Positions 11,016-23,759 of a stretch of DNA of 64,000 nt are shown piece by piece. The position numbers and the translations under genes were made by a program. This DNA is from Diplonema japonicum (taxonomy: Eukaryota; Protista; Euglenozoa: Diplonemea). Under the pieces are notes generated by a model. It did no database searches. It had not been told where the DNA came from and saw only the letters and a list, made by a program, of their open reading frames with translations. How positions within the stretch are numbered: position 1 is the first letter of the stretch; each line of letters begins with the position of its first letter. Location of the stretch: contig OZ025755.1 of NCBI GenBank assembly GCA_964019335.1, forward strand, positions 218,263 to 282,262. The letters run 5' to 3'.

Positions 11016-11678
11016 TCATATTTTCACTGCACCGTCAACACCTTCACCTTTGTGCTTACCCCTGTGTTTTTTTTTTTTTTTTTCCCTAACATACGCAAGA
11101 CAAGGGTCAAGGGAACCCCCAACTGGTATATCACCGACTCCTGGGAGGAGGTTCTCGTCGAACCCAGGGGCGAAACCCGCCTTTCTTTTGAAGAAAATAC
11201 CGCAGAAGTTACAGCGGGCGGCCCTGTCAGGCGGGACCGCGATCCACTGCATGTGGTGACGAATCCCCCCTTCCCTGATTCGAGTAGTATTTGATACAGG
11301 CCCAAGATAGGTATTCGCAATCGATGTACCTGAGCCATGGCATGTTACATAAGTAGCTTCCACTTCTATTGCTGAGTCGGGTGATCTCCTGGCAGCCCAC
11401 CTCATGTCGCCATTGGCGTGGCCACCGTGGTTGAGGTTACCTGTCTTTTTCATAATGTTAGGAATGTGTTGCTGTCCCTCCTGCGGCTTCGTGACCCTGT
11501 AATTGCTCCCCATCATGAGCCTGGTGTAGTACGGCTTCTCGTACTGGGCATTCCACTTCCCTCCCCACACGGGCTCCCAAAAATTCCAGTTAGGGGTCTC
11601 CCTGTACCTCCCCAGACCCAGCGTTCCAAAAACATCGACTTCTTCCTTGCTGCACAACCGTGCCACGGAACGACGCAT
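11016..11678 (-). CDS. Mitochondrial Zn-finger respiratory subunit (COX5B/Cox4-like or NDUFS6 zf-CHCC-like); probable intron 11062-11094, 209 aa spliced
   Basis: Basic presequence-like MRRSVARL; YVTCHGSG...HHMQWIAVPPDRAARCNFCGIFFK (C..H..CxxC). The two families cannot be distinguished by eye. Confidence 0.7.
   Translation of the reverse strand: MRRSVARLCSKEEVDVFGTLGLGRYRETPNWNFWEPVWGGKWNAQYEKPYYTRLMMGSNYRVTKPQEGQQHIPNIMKKTGNLNHGGHANGDMRWAARRSPDSAIEVEATYVTCHGSGTSIANTYLGPVSNTTRIREGGIRHHMQWIAVPPDRAARCNFCGIFFKRKAGFAPGFDENLLPGVGDIPVGGSLDPCLAYVREKKKKKHRGKHKGEGVDGAVKI
11062..11094 (-). other. 33-nt in-frame GT-AG intron, poly(A)-filled
   Basis: GTATGTTAGGG-A17-CACAG; explains the spurious EKKKKK in the ORF translation. 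Confidence 0.8.
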
Positions 11679-12151
11679 TTTTCCCCCCTTTTTTTTTTGG
11701 TGGCAAGAGGAAAAAAAAAAAAAAAAAAAAAAAAAGAGAGGTATGGGAAGGGGGAAAAGAAGAAAAAGAAAAAAAATAAAACAAAAAGGACATTGGACTT
11801 TTTTTTTTTTTCCGCAAACTCGGATGGAAAAGAAAAGAAAACAAAAAAAAGGAGGGGGGAGGGGAGAACGGTTGGGAGGCAGTGTATCACCGCCCCCCCC
11901 CTTTTTTTTGAGGCGTGTATGTTCTCCCCCCCTTCCCTCCTCTTTTTTTTTTTGAAAAAACTTTGTCCATACGGTTTACAAGATCCCATTTTATTTATGT
12001 TATCTCCCCTCTGCTTTTTTTCTTCCCAAATTTTGCGTCGATGGGGGTGTGTGCCCCAATGGACGTACAACTCTCTCCGAGAACACAAAGAAAAGAAAAA
12101 GAAGAAAAAAAAAAAGAAAAAGCTAGAACGGAAATAATAAAAGGGGGAGGG

Positions 12152-12204
<53 letters not shown>

Positions 12205-12213
12205 CTTTAATTT

Positions 12214-12945
12214 TTAAGAGGAAACGAATAACGAACAATTCTCTTTGAAGTACCCCAGGGACGCGAAGCTGTGTTGCAACGATTTTTTCTGCTGTTTGGA
12301 CCCAACAACATAGAAAAGCGTATTCGATGGGCTGCAGGTGACTAGGTAAGACGCAAGAGCCTCGGTTGTCAACCTCTCATTAGAAATTCCACGTGACACA
12401 TCTGAGTCAAGAGGAGCTTCACGAGTCAGGTGTCTGACGAAACTAAATTTTTTCGGGTATTTTTCCGAAAGGCGATTCAGCTCATCGATCCAAATTTCAT
12501 CCGATTTTGTCCTGTTACAGTAAAGAAGCAAAACTTTTCCAGAAGCCCCCACCGACAGCTCCCGTTCGCACACGGGCAGCACAGCTGTGATCCCGATTCC
12601 CATAGCTACTAAAAGAACATTTTCCCCTTTACACCGCCTCGTTTTCCCGTTTTTCCAAGCTGGTTTTGCCTTCCACCACATTTCTTGCCCGAGCGTTACC
12701 CTGTTCAGATATTCTGACATTTTTCCCCCCTCGTATATTTTCACCGCCAACGAGAAGCCGTTTTCGTCCACCTCCACCGGGCTGTATTTCCGGCCTGTTT
12801 TGCTGTTGAAGAGTTTCAAACTTTGCCCAAGCCCCGGATCGGCATCCAGGGTTTGCCCGCGTGTTTCGAACCGAAGGTGCACAATAGGGAATTCGCTTCC
12901 TTTTGCGATGACTGCTTTTCGGACCACAATGCAAGAATTGCTCAT
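12214..12945 (-). CDS. FAD/NAD(P)-binding oxidoreductase, cytochrome b5 reductase / FNR-like (~243 aa)
   Basis: RKYSP (RxYS FAD motif), VKIYEGGKMSEYL, AMGIGITAV (NAD-binding), LLYCNRT, YVVGS; ATG follows an A-run. Confidence 0.85.
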   Translation of the reverse strand: MSNSCIVVRKAVIAKGSEFPIVHLRFETRGQTLDADPGLGQSLKLFNSKTGRKYSPVEVDENGFSLAVKIYEGGKMSEYLNRVTLGQEMWWKAKPAWKNGKTRRCKGENVLLVAMGIGITAVLPVCERELSVGASGKVLLLYCNRTKSDEIWIDELNRLSEKYPKKFSFVRHLTREAPLDSDVSRGISNERLTTEALASYLVTCSPSNTLFYVVGSKQQKKSLQHSFASLGYFKENCSLFVSS

Positions 12946-13054
12946 TTTTTTTTTTTTTTTTGAAAACTGTTTTTTTTTTTTTTTTTTTATGAGGCACACA
13001 AACATAAAGGAATTTTACTATAGAAAACAAAGAAGATGGGGTGGGGGGGGGGGG

Positions 13055-13178
<124 letters not shown>

Positions 13179-14392
13179 AAAATATAAGGAGATGGGGGGA
13201 AAGTGGCGCTAAGAAAATAACAGAAAGGAAAGGGAGAGCGGGAAGGATGGGGGGGTGTGTTTTTTTTTTTGAGATAAAAAATAATCATAAAAAAATAAAA
13301 TAAAAAAAATCCATGGCGACGGTGATAGGGAAAAAAAGAAAATGTGCGTGGAAAGTAAGGGGTACTATTTGGGGTTAAAAGGGAAAAGAAAGGATAATCA
13401 CAGGGGGGGAGGGGGGGGCAGTGTCTGCATCTACCCCCCCATCATACTCACGGGAAAAAGAAAAAAAAATACCAGGCTTCAAACACACCTTGATGCAGGG
13501 CATGGGATTTAGGTATCACGGGAAAATGGGTGTGAGAGAATTCTTGTTTTTTTTTTCCCCCTTCTTTTTTTTATATTAGCTGCTTGAAAACATGAAGGTA
13601 GTGGGGAACTGGAGGGGAAGAAAGAAGGGTATAATAATAATAATAAAGAAAAAAAAAAACTGGAAAAAAAATTACCTGCCAAACAGCAAAGGAAATAATA
13701 ATTTAAAAAAAAAACGGAAAATATAACAAAGGAGAACGTAAACAGTGGTTGAGCCTGGAAAGAGAAAAAAAAAAGGAAACAGAGGGATATGATGAAAAAA
13801 AAGGATTCTTTTTTTCTTTTTTTTTTTTTTTTTTTCCTCTACTCTATCTGGTCCCCCTTTGACTGACGCCCCATTGGGGTCAGAGTGGAGAGGCAGAGAA
13901 GGTAAAAAAAAAAAAGAAGAAAAAAGTTTAGAACAAAGGTATTAAATGTTTTATTCTTTATTTATTTTTTTTCTTGGAGAGGAGAAGAGGATGTTCTCAG
14001 TTATTTCTTTTTTTTTTTTTTTTTTTTTTCAAAACCCTTTCTCTTGTTGGAAGTTTCTTCTCAGTAAAATTGCGACCTCCGCAGCAAAAAAACACAAGAG
14101 AAAAGCGAAAGGGCTTTTTGAATGAAGAAAACATTTTCTTATAAAAAGAAGGGGGAAAAAAAAAAAAAAGCATAGGCTGGTATCTCTTACGGTTACAAAC
14201 AATTTTTTTTTTTAAAAAAAACCTAGCAAAAAAAAATTATTTGTAACTCATAGCACTGCCATTTTTTTTTTTTTTTCCCCTTCCTTTTTTTTTTTTGAAA
14301 GTTATGAAGAACAAAAAGAAAAACCACACGAATCTTCTGAAATTCAGCTTTTTTTCGCGCCCCTCTCTCCTCCCACACTTCAAAACCCGAAA

Positions 14393-14426
<34 letters not shown>

Positions 14427-14528
14427 CGTGTTGCTTCCAAAAAAAAACAAAAAAAAACCCCCTCCTCCATTTTTATTTTGCTTTTTTTTTTTTCCTTCGT
14501 TCGTTCTTATTCTTGGTATGCAAACAAA

Positions 14529-14579
<51 letters not shown>

Positions 14580-15525
14580 AACCAAGCAAATGGAGAATGG
14601 TGGGGGGGCAGGAAGAAGGCAGCCCATTCCACCGCCCCAAGAGGTGTTGTACGGCCCCACAAGGAATGAACATTACTCCTGCACGGGGGGGGGGGGGGGG
14701 GGGGGACTAAGCAAAATAATTAAAAAAAAGAACAACAACGAGGCTCGTCATTCTGCCTTCTCGTTTTTTTTAAACCTTTCCCTTTTTTTTTTTTTTTTTT
14801 TGCGTGTTCTAATTTTTTTTTTCTCACGGTGATTTTCCTAGTTCTCTTTTTTTTTTTTTTTTTTTCCCCCATCTCCTCCTCTCTTGTTTACTTTGTCCAC
14901 TCCCATGCTACCAGGGAGGGAGACGGTGTGCAGTGGAGAGAAGAAATAAGGGGGAATTGAGGAAAAAAATCACGCTTAAAAAAAAAAAAAAAAAAAGAAG
15001 CCAAATGGAAGGTGAAAAAACTCTGGCAACAATAAAACATAAAAAACAAAAAATATAAAAAAACTCGACAAGATTCACTAGAAGAAAAAAAAAAGAGAGA
15101 GAAAAAAAAAAGGAAAAAAGAAAGGCTGAGACGCAATGCCATCAGACGGGGGAACAGAAAAAAAAAGGGGGGGGTTTTTTTTACGGGGCAGCCGATAAAA
15201 GCGTTTTTTTTTGTCACCTACTCTTCTTTTTTTTTTTTGTGTGCCGCTAAAATTTTTTCATACGGTTATAAATTAGCTTTTTTCCCTCATTTTTTTTTGT
15301 ATAAAGCCACACCCACAAACAGTACTTTTGCGGTTTCATGGACCGCGACGGACCTTTCTTTTAAAGAAAATAATAGGGGTGGGATCCTTCTTTTTTTTGA
15401 AGAAGGATAACAAGGGGGGGGGGGGGGGGGGGAAGAAATAGCCCCGCCCACGGGGAGAGAGCTGCCGAGGCATTTTTTTTTTGTTTTTGTTACCCCGGGA
15501 AACAGGAACAGAAAAAGATGGTTTA

Positions 15526-15565
<40 letters not shown>

Positions 15566-16552
15566 GCATACCAGAGACAAAGCTTGAGGCAGGGTTCCAT
15601 TTTTTTTTAACTCACCACTGTCCGATAAGTGCGACACACGTGAACACAGCAACAGGGTATTTTTTAGGAGGCAAGAGAAGGAGGATTTTCTTTTCGAAAG
15701 TTTACCTTGCTTTACCCTTTTCCTCAAAAACCTCTTGCATGTCTCTTCTTCCTTTCCCCCATTCTCCCCCCGCGAAACGGGGTAAGTAGTATAGACGAAC
15801 GGCTTTTTTTTTCTTCTCCCCCCCCCCTTCATTCTTTTATTTTTTGAGAACTAGATTTTTTCTTTCTTTCTTTTTTCTTGTTCTTGTTGTAATACTCGTT
15901 TTAAAAAAAAAAGAGAAAAAAAAAAAAAAAACAATAGGTCCGGATCTCTACCCCCTTTGAAGTTTTCGCTCGAGCAAAGGTTAAGCGGGAACGAAGAAGG
16001 AAAAAAAAAGAAAAAAAAAACCCCAATTTTTTCTCGTGTTTTGCTCGGCTCAAAGGAAAAGGTTCTCGGCTACTGTATTTTTTTTTTTTTTTTTTTTTGT
16101 GTGGTTTTTCTCTCCAGGATTTAGGAGTAAAAAATAAAAATAAAGAGGGTTTCTCTTTAGAGTTTAGTGCTGCATGTTGCCACTGCTCTTTGTTTCTTCT
16201 TTTTTTTTCTCTTTTTTTCTTCGCTTTTTGTTCTTTACAAGAAACTAAGCAGGTACTTGTTAAAATACAAAAGGGAAAAAAAAGGGGGGGAGGGGCAGCC
16301 AAATTCCCCCCCCTTTTTTTTGAAATAAAAAAAAAGAACCCCCGCCCCTTCGTTTTCCCAAATACAATTGAATTAAGATCCCCAATATCAGATAGGATCT
16401 GCGCTATGATAAGGGAAAATTTTGGACAGAAAATGAGGGGGGGTAGGTTGGGAGAGAGGGTGGTGGTGAGTAGAATTTCCTTACCAACAGGTAGAGCTTT
16501 TTTTTTTTTTCTATTTTTTTTTCTTCCTTCTCTTCCTTAACAGATAAGTGTG

Positions 16553-16604
<52 letters not shown>

Positions 16605-17084
16605 CTTCTCTCCCTACTTTAAAAAAAAGTTTTTTAAAAAAAAAAGGGGGAGTGAGAAATAATACCTTGCAACCCCAGGCTACTTTTTTAAGATTTTAGG
16701 ATTGGCCATAAAAAGCCAAAAACTATTACATGGAGATTGACTGAAGATCTTCGCCTTCGAATGCGTAAAAATTTATTGTTTTACTTTTCTTTTTTCTTTA
16801 CCAATCCTAAAGAAAAAAAAAAGGGGGGAAAAAAAAGAGAAAAAAACCAGGTTGCTAGGTATGCGTTATGCTGAACAGAAAACAAGGGTGAGCCCCCCCC
16901 CAGAAAAAAGGAAAGATAGAGGTTTACATTTTTTTATTTTCCTCTTTTTTATTTTCTTTCAGAACACAATACAAAACCCAAAAAATGAGCCATGTTGGTG
17001 TTATAAAACATACTCTTTTTTTTCCTCTTTTTTTCTCTTCTTTTTTTTGCTTTTTATTTTCTTCGCTTTCTCCCTTTTTTTTTG

Positions 17085-17116
<32 letters not shown>

Positions 17117-17694
17117 CTCAAGAGCAGCTGAGCAGCACTTATGTTAAACAAAATTTGAAAAAAAAAAAGTTTCTTCTAAGAATTTTCTTTGGTTTTTTTT
17201 TTTTTTTTTTTTTTTTTCCTTCTTTTTTTTTTTTCTTTCTGACAAGCAACGCACACTTTTCTGTATAAATATACAGGTTAAAATAAAACATCGAAACAGG
17301 GCTTTAGATGGGCGGGGGCTCTTGAAAGCCCGAATATTTCTCTCTTTTTTTTTTTCTTTCGTTCTTTTTTTTTTTTTTTCCCTTCTTAATGCGTTTTATT
17401 TCTTAAGGCCTTTCTTCACTAAGGCTCAGATTAATTTTCTTTCAAAAGAAAAATGGGAGGGGGAGGAAGATGCGATTCAGCGTATATTTGGTTTACTACT
17501 ATAAAACCAGCCCGAACGAGGCAAGGAGGGGAAGGGAGGATGAAAGTAACATTTCCTCATTCTTCGTTGTCTGTGCTACTCAGTTGGGGCTTACAGTGGT
17601 TATCATATATTTTTTTTTTTTGTTTGTTAAAAAAAAGAGCTGGGCAGCCTGGGTTTAAACTGCGAGAAAAAAAAAAGAAAGAAAACTCGAAAAA

Positions 17695-17787
17695 TTTAAA
17701 AGAAGCCGGTGGGGACGCTCTGCAAGCACCTTCTACTTGGCCACTCTGATGTACTTCTTTATATTTCCATATTTATCCCCACCACCT
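17695..17787 (-). repeat. Degenerate, internally deleted copy of repeat family B (head plus tail)
   Basis: 17745-17787 is the reverse complement of the AGGTGGTGGGGATAA...ATATAA.GAA..ACATCAGA head at 59592; 17695-17726 resembles the family tail at 58222-58257. Confidence 0.6.
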
Positions 17788-18903
17788 AAGAAAAAAAATG
17801 GGGGGGGGGAAATTACTACAGCTTACAAAATATGGCATCATTAAAACGGGTATTTTCTTTTTTTTTTCTTCTATATTTTTTTTTTACTTGAAACATGCAG
17901 CATAGAGCCACAACTAGAAAGGGGGGAATAAAAAAAAAGGAAAGAAGAGAAATATAAAACCAACCATCACCAAGGGTCTTTTTTTTGTTTTTTTTTTCTT
18001 TTGTTTTATAAAATTCTGTACTTCCGTAAAAGAAATATATATATATATATTTCTTTTTTTCCCCACCTGTGGTGATTTTCCGTGTTTATGTGCGTTTTTT
18101 TTTTAAACCAAAATTCTTTAAAAAAATATATATGATAAATACCCGTATAATTGACCAAGAAATATTTTAGAAGGTGGGGGGGGGGGTAAAATTCGTTTTA
18201 TTTACTACAGGTATTTTTATATTCTTTTTTGTGTACTTCCTCAAGAGAAAAGACTTGGAAGAAAGAAAGAGGGGGTTTTTTTTTTGCGAGGGGGACGGGC
18301 CTTGGTATGCATTGCATTTTTGGCCTGCTGGGGGGGGGAGGGGGGGGAAAGAAGTTTTCACTCGAAAGTTTTATTCTTCCGATCACCGCCTTTAAAAAAT
18401 ATTTTCGCCCCGGAAAAAATAAAAAATAAAAAAATGTCAACGTGAATATTTCGCAGAAGTGTCATTTAACTTTTGCAAAAATTAAATAACATATCATACT
18501 AAATAAAAAATCAGCCAGATTTTTTTTACTCGGAACGGTATTTTTTTTGTTTTCACTCATTTTTTTTTTTTTTTGTTTTCACTCATTTTTTTTTTATAAT
18601 TTAAATCACTCGGCTTCGCTCGTGAAATTAAATTACTCAATTAAAAAAAAAAGAAAAAAAAAAGAAAAAAAGAAAAAAACAGGCAACCTTTTATTTTTAT
18701 TTAGTAAATTATCTTTTTTTTTTTATTTTACCCAAGACGAAAATACTTTCCAAAAAAAAAAAAGAAGGAAAAACGGTGCAACAAGAGAAAGGGAGGGGTT
18801 GGGGGGGGGGGGGGGGGGGGGGGGGTAACGCGCCTAGGAAGAAAAGAGGAGGAAAAAAAAGGGGTCAGAACAAAACAAAAGGGAAGTGAAACAAAGAAAA
18901 AAA

Positions 18904-19521
18904 AATATAAGAGATCAAGGAGGGCCAGTGTTGGTGGCGCCAAGCATCAAAGAGGGAAGAGGGGGGGGGGGGAGAAAAACGAAAACAAGAAAGCTACTTC
19001 GCACAATCACGCACCAATCACCCATTACAAGGGAAATTACGAACGCAAGTTTTGCAAGGAGGAGAAAGGGTGGGAGGGGGGGGGGCACAGGTTTTTTTTT
19101 TTTTTTTTAAAGAAAGCCACATTACTACAATAACAGAGAGAGAGTGTTTTGTTTCTTTCGAAGTTTAAAAGTCCTTCGGCAGTGAGAATCGAGAGGACCA
19201 CCCTTATTTTTTTTTTTTCGTTTTTTTTTTTCTTTTGGTGCAGCAGCTGGGAAATTGAAAGAGTGATCAGGTATTTATTTCTTCCCGCCCTTGACATTTT
19301 TTTCCCCCCTAAAATCCGCATGATCAAAACTACAAAACATAACAGATAAAAAAAATTTTAAAAAAAAAGTGTTAAAGAGGTACATGCTCTTACAGAAAAA
19401 AAAAGAAAAGAAGTAAAGAAGAAAGAAAGAAAGAAAGAAAAAAGAAAAAAAATGGGGGGAGGTCAACAGCGAACAACACATCTGATGTACTTCTTATATT
19501 TCCATGTTATCCCCACCACCT
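18904..19521 (-). repeat. Degenerate copy of repeat family B (head 19458-19521, tail 18904-18941)
   Basis: 19458-19521 matches the reverse complement of 59592-59655 closely; 18904-18941 matches the tail AATATA..GAG.T.AAGGAGG.CC.GTGTTGG.GGCGCC at 58211-58249. Confidence 0.65.
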
Positions 19522-20603
19522 AAAAAAAAACAGCAGCTTATTGGCGACAGGTTTTTTAATTGGTTTGCTTTTTTTTTTTTGAATTTTCTTTTTTTGCCAG
19601 TCTGCTCTCTTAGTTTTGATTTTGTTTCCATTTTTTTTATTTATTTATATTTTATTTTTGCCAGTGCCATTAAGGCACATAAGATATATAAAAACACAAG
19701 TAAAAAAAAAAAAGAAAAGAAAAAAAAAAGGTGGAGGGAGAAAAAAAAGGGGGTAACGAGAAATGGAGCATCCCACACTATAAAAAAAAAGTGTTTTTTT
19801 TTTCTTAGTTTTTTTTTCTTTTCCTCTGAGTGGGAGGGGAGTAACGAAGCGGGGGGGGGGGGGGGGGAGTGGGAAAATGAAAGATATCGCAACTTAGAGT
19901 TTAACATGGGAGAGAGGAAAAAAAAAATCCCCCCCCACAACAATTCTCCTTTTTTTTTTCCTTTCGACGCTCACCGTCAAAAGAAACACATCGAAAAAAA
20001 GAGAAAAGATAGTCTTTCTTTTTTTGAGATGAAACCGTGTGGGGTTTCTCATTGGTGCTCGTTGGGGGGGGGAAGGTGGGCCTTCAAACAAAAAGAAATA
20101 TAATTTTTTTTTGCTTGCAAAAAAAAGCTTAAAGCGCCTATGGTCTTTCTTTTTTTTGTTTCTTTTTTTTTTTTTTCTCCCCTTCATCTGAACACCCTCT
20201 TACAAGCCAGAAGAAGAAAAAAAAATTCAAGTCAACACAGGTATGAAAGGAGAGGAATATAATGTTATTAAATACCCTAGAAATAGTTGTGATGCTCACA
20301 AAAAAAAAAATATAATTGGGGATAGGGGAATTATAAGGGAAAAGGGGGCCCCCTAGGTATGTACCCTAAATGACAGTGCACCTATTAAAGGGTTTAAATT
20401 AATCACTCTAATTTTTTTTTTTTTTTTTTACTTTTTCGCAAACGGTTGTCGTCATATCTCACTCCCCCCCACCCTGCGTCCTTTTTTTTAAGATGGAAAA
20501 AAAGAGGAGTCAATTCTTTTCCACTTTTCTCTCTTTTTTTTTTCCCCCTTCCCTTCCTCTTGCAGCTTTTTTTTTCTTTTTCTTTTTTTTTTTCTTTTTC
20601 GTT

Positions 20604-23156
20604 TTATAAAGAAACATCGTTATATCTTGAAGAAGGAAGCAAGCAATTGCTGACTAAAGAGTTGGCCGTATCAGGGTGAACAGGTTTCTTCTTGACAACC
20701 TTCTTTTTTTTGGCGGGTTGTTGTTGTTGTTGTTGTTGTTCCTCCTCGGCCAGCTTCAGGCTGTTCTCCTGGTTCTTCCACATCTCGGAGTACAAGCCTT
20801 TTTTCGACATCAAATCTTGATGATTCCCCATTTCCTGAATAGAACCCTCTTTCAAAACCACAATCACATCTGAATCCTGAATAGTAGAAAGCCTATGCGC
20901 AATAACTATAATAGTTCTACCGGCAAGGCACTGCAAAACTTCAAGAATTTCTTTTTCGGTATTGGAGTCCAATGCGGAGGTGGCTTCATCAAGCACAATA
21001 ATAGGCGGGTTCTTCAAAAGGCATCTTGCGATTGCAACACGCTGTTTTTCTCCACCAGACAATCTCAACCCTCGTTCCCCAACTACTGTGTCCCAACCTG
21101 CAGGAAGCCTGTCTATGACAGATGTCAACTGAGCGTCTCTTGCTGCTTGAAGCATTTCCTCCTCCGTTGCCTCGGGGTTCCCATACATGATGTTCTTCCG
21201 AATTGTCTCATTGAACAGAGTGGTGTCCTGCGGGACTATACCTAAAGCTTGCCTGACGGATTTTTGTTGCAGTTTTGAAACATCCTGTCCGTTTATTTTT
21301 AAAACACCGGTGTCTGGGTCGTAGAATCTAAAGAGCAACCGGGAAAGAGTTGTTTTCCCGCATCCAGTGTGGCCGACCAATGCGACTTTTTGCCCCGCGC
21401 CGGCTTTGAATGTGATGTCTTTGATTCCTTTACCAGCGTCTGCCGATGGGTATCTGAATCCGATGTTTTCAAAACTGACTTCTACCCCCCGTACTGGGTT
21501 TGAAACCGACCCCCAACTACTTGGAACATTGACCTTCCTTGGTTTCGGTTGAAGAAGCATTTTAAACAAACATTTTTCTTCGTCGGGTTTGTCGGCGTCT
21601 GGAAACAACGCATCGTCGGTCGTGTCGGTGGCCTCATCGTAAATATCGATACTGACGGAACCACCAGATTCGCTAGATGGGAGGAGAAGAGGGCGGGCGT
21701 CGGGGATGTCCTTTACATCAGGATGCTCCGAGAGGAGTTCAGCGAGATGCTGCATGTTAACGAACGCCATGACAACTGTGTTGTACATAGATCCGATTAT
21801 AGTGAGGGGCTGGAACAATTGGAGCACGTATGCGTTGATGGCAACGAAATCACCGACAGAATTGTCCCCGTTGTACACAGACGTAGCGGTGATGAGCATA
21901 ACAACACCAACACATATTTGAATGATGACAGATTGTGCCACATACAGACCCGACAGCGTGATTTGATTGGTAACCCCGAATTTTTGGAAATCCTTGACGG
22001 AGCTTAAGAACGATTCCCTTTCACGTTGTTCCGCAGTGAAGTACTTAACGGTTTCGAAGTTCACCAGAGATTCCGTGGTTTTGTTGTGGTAATCGTTGTC
22101 GTGCTGGTTCATCCCTTCTCTCAGCTTTCTCCTCCATGTTGTGATGAAGAAGGTTATAATCATATACATGTTGAACGCCAACATACATATCCCAGCGACG
22201 ACCGGTTCAGAATAATGCAAGTAAAACATAACGAATGTCGCGATGCATTCTCCGATAGTTGGGATCAGGAAGAGAAATAAGTATGAAACGACAGAATCCG
22301 CTGCTGAGGTTCCCCTGTCCATATATCTGACGACATCTCCCATCTGTTTGCGAAGATGCCATTCAAGGGACAAAGAGTGGACATGGTTGAAAACCTTGTC
22401 AGACATTTGAACAAACGCAGCTTGTTTAACTTTCACGTAGATTGAGCTTTGAAGCTGCGGCAGACATTTTGCGGCGAGCGACACCCCGAAGTACGCGAAA
22501 ATTAAGTCGAACGGTTTTTCAGGTTTCTCCAGCTCTGTTATGATCCATCCCATGATGAGCGGTGTGAAGATTATGCAGACCTTCGTTGCAATGATGCAGA
22601 CCCATGTCAGAACGACGCGGATTTTATTGGTGAACCCCGTGGGTGTGAAGTACGGTTGTAATATTTCACGAATCGCGGTCATCGTTGGGATTTCCTTTCG
22701 CTCGCCTCCCAACGCCCATGGGGACACGCAGAGTTGAGTTACTGTTGATAAAAACGCGGAAAGCAATAAAACAATTGATGCTGCCGATGCGTCCGCCCAA
22801 CTGAACATGATCAGCTTGCTGAGGTAGAGAGCTATTGAAGAGAACAATGCGCAATAGTAGAATTGTCTAAGTTGGTTGTAGAAGGTAGTGAAGATGAAGG
22901 CGTTTTTGACTAGGGTGATTATTAGAAGGTCGATGGTGCTCAGCCTGATGTTACTTTCGGTTTTCGAGCTGATGGCGACGCCCCACAGGAGCGACACCAG
23001 CACCGCCTCTACCACACCGCAGCCCACCATCACCTTCACCATGCGTTGGTCCGGCTCGATTTTCACATATTTGATCTCTTCGTTCTTGGCGCCGACCTTG
23101 CCGCCCCTGCCGAGTCGCCCCCCTAGACCGAACCCTTGTTTGTCATTGCTTTTCAT
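20604..23156 (-). CDS. ABCB half-transporter, ABCB6/HMT1/ATM1-like, with N-terminal membrane extension (850 aa)
   Basis: HSLSLEWHLRKQMG, ESLVNFETVKYF, Walker A GHTGCGKTT, Q-loop VPQD, signature LSGGEKQRVAIAR, Walker B VLDEATSALD, H-loop IAHRLSTI. Confidence 0.93.
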   Translation of the reverse strand: MKSNDKQGFGLGGRLGRGGKVGAKNEEIKYVKIEPDQRMVKVMVGCGVVEAVLVSLLWGVAISSKTESNIRLSTIDLLIITLVKNAFIFTTFYNQLRQFYYCALFSSIALYLSKLIMFSWADASAASIVLLLSAFLSTVTQLCVSPWALGGERKEIPTMTAIREILQPYFTPTGFTNKIRVVLTWVCIIATKVCIIFTPLIMGWIITELEKPEKPFDLIFAYFGVSLAAKCLPQLQSSIYVKVKQAAFVQMSDKVFNHVHSLSLEWHLRKQMGDVVRYMDRGTSAADSVVSYLFLFLIPTIGECIATFVMFYLHYSEPVVAGICMLAFNMYMIITFFITTWRRKLREGMNQHDNDYHNKTTESLVNFETVKYFTAEQRERESFLSSVKDFQKFGVTNQITLSGLYVAQSVIIQICVGVVMLITATSVYNGDNSVGDFVAINAYVLQLFQPLTIIGSMYNTVVMAFVNMQHLAELLSEHPDVKDIPDARPLLLPSSESGGSVSIDIYDEATDTTDDALFPDADKPDEEKCLFKMLLQPKPRKVNVPSSWGSVSNPVRGVEVSFENIGFRYPSADAGKGIKDITFKAGAGQKVALVGHTGCGKTTLSRLLFRFYDPDTGVLKINGQDVSKLQQKSVRQALGIVPQDTTLFNETIRKNIMYGNPEATEEEMLQAARDAQLTSVIDRLPAGWDTVVGERGLRLSGGEKQRVAIARCLLKNPPIIVLDEATSALDSNTEKEILEVLQCLAGRTIIVIAHRLSTIQDSDVIVVLKEGSIQEMGNHQDLMSKKGLYSEMWKNQENSLKLAEEEQQQQQQQPAKKKKVVKKKPVHPDTANSLVSNCLLPSSRYNDVSL

Positions 23157-23336
23157 ATTTTTTTTGGGGGGGGGACCTTGAAGCTGTGTTTTTTTTTTCA
23201 GAAGAAAAAAAAAACATTTTATATAAAAAAATAAATAAATAAATAAAAAATCCCATCCCTCCTACGACATAACGGAAAGACGTTTGGAAAAAAAAGGGGG
23301 GGGGTAGCGCTTCATATCTGCTAAACAAGTGGTAAG

Positions 23337-23379
<43 letters not shown>

Positions 23380-23759
23380 TGAATGGCGGTCCAAAGGGCG
23401 CTTATTGGAGGGAATTTCTTTTTTTTTTTAAAGTGCAATGTTGCCTAAATTTAAAAAAAAAAATCTCTGTCCTCCTAATGGGTTTTAGAGATATGAAGTG
23501 TGGAAATGTGGAAATGTGGACATAAACATAGATGGGGAGGGGGGACCAGCAAAATGCATAGTTGATATGTGGGACGGGCGGTTACAACGATAACTTGGGG
23601 AAAGAAATAAAGAAAAAAAAATAATAATAAAAAAAAAAAAAGACTCTCGCATGTGTGGGGGTGTGTGTTGCCGTTGCTCTGAGAGAATAGCGCAAAAAAA
23701 AAAAAAAATAGTTATTTAGGGCCATTTATTACTATAGTAGTTTAAGATAATAATATTAA

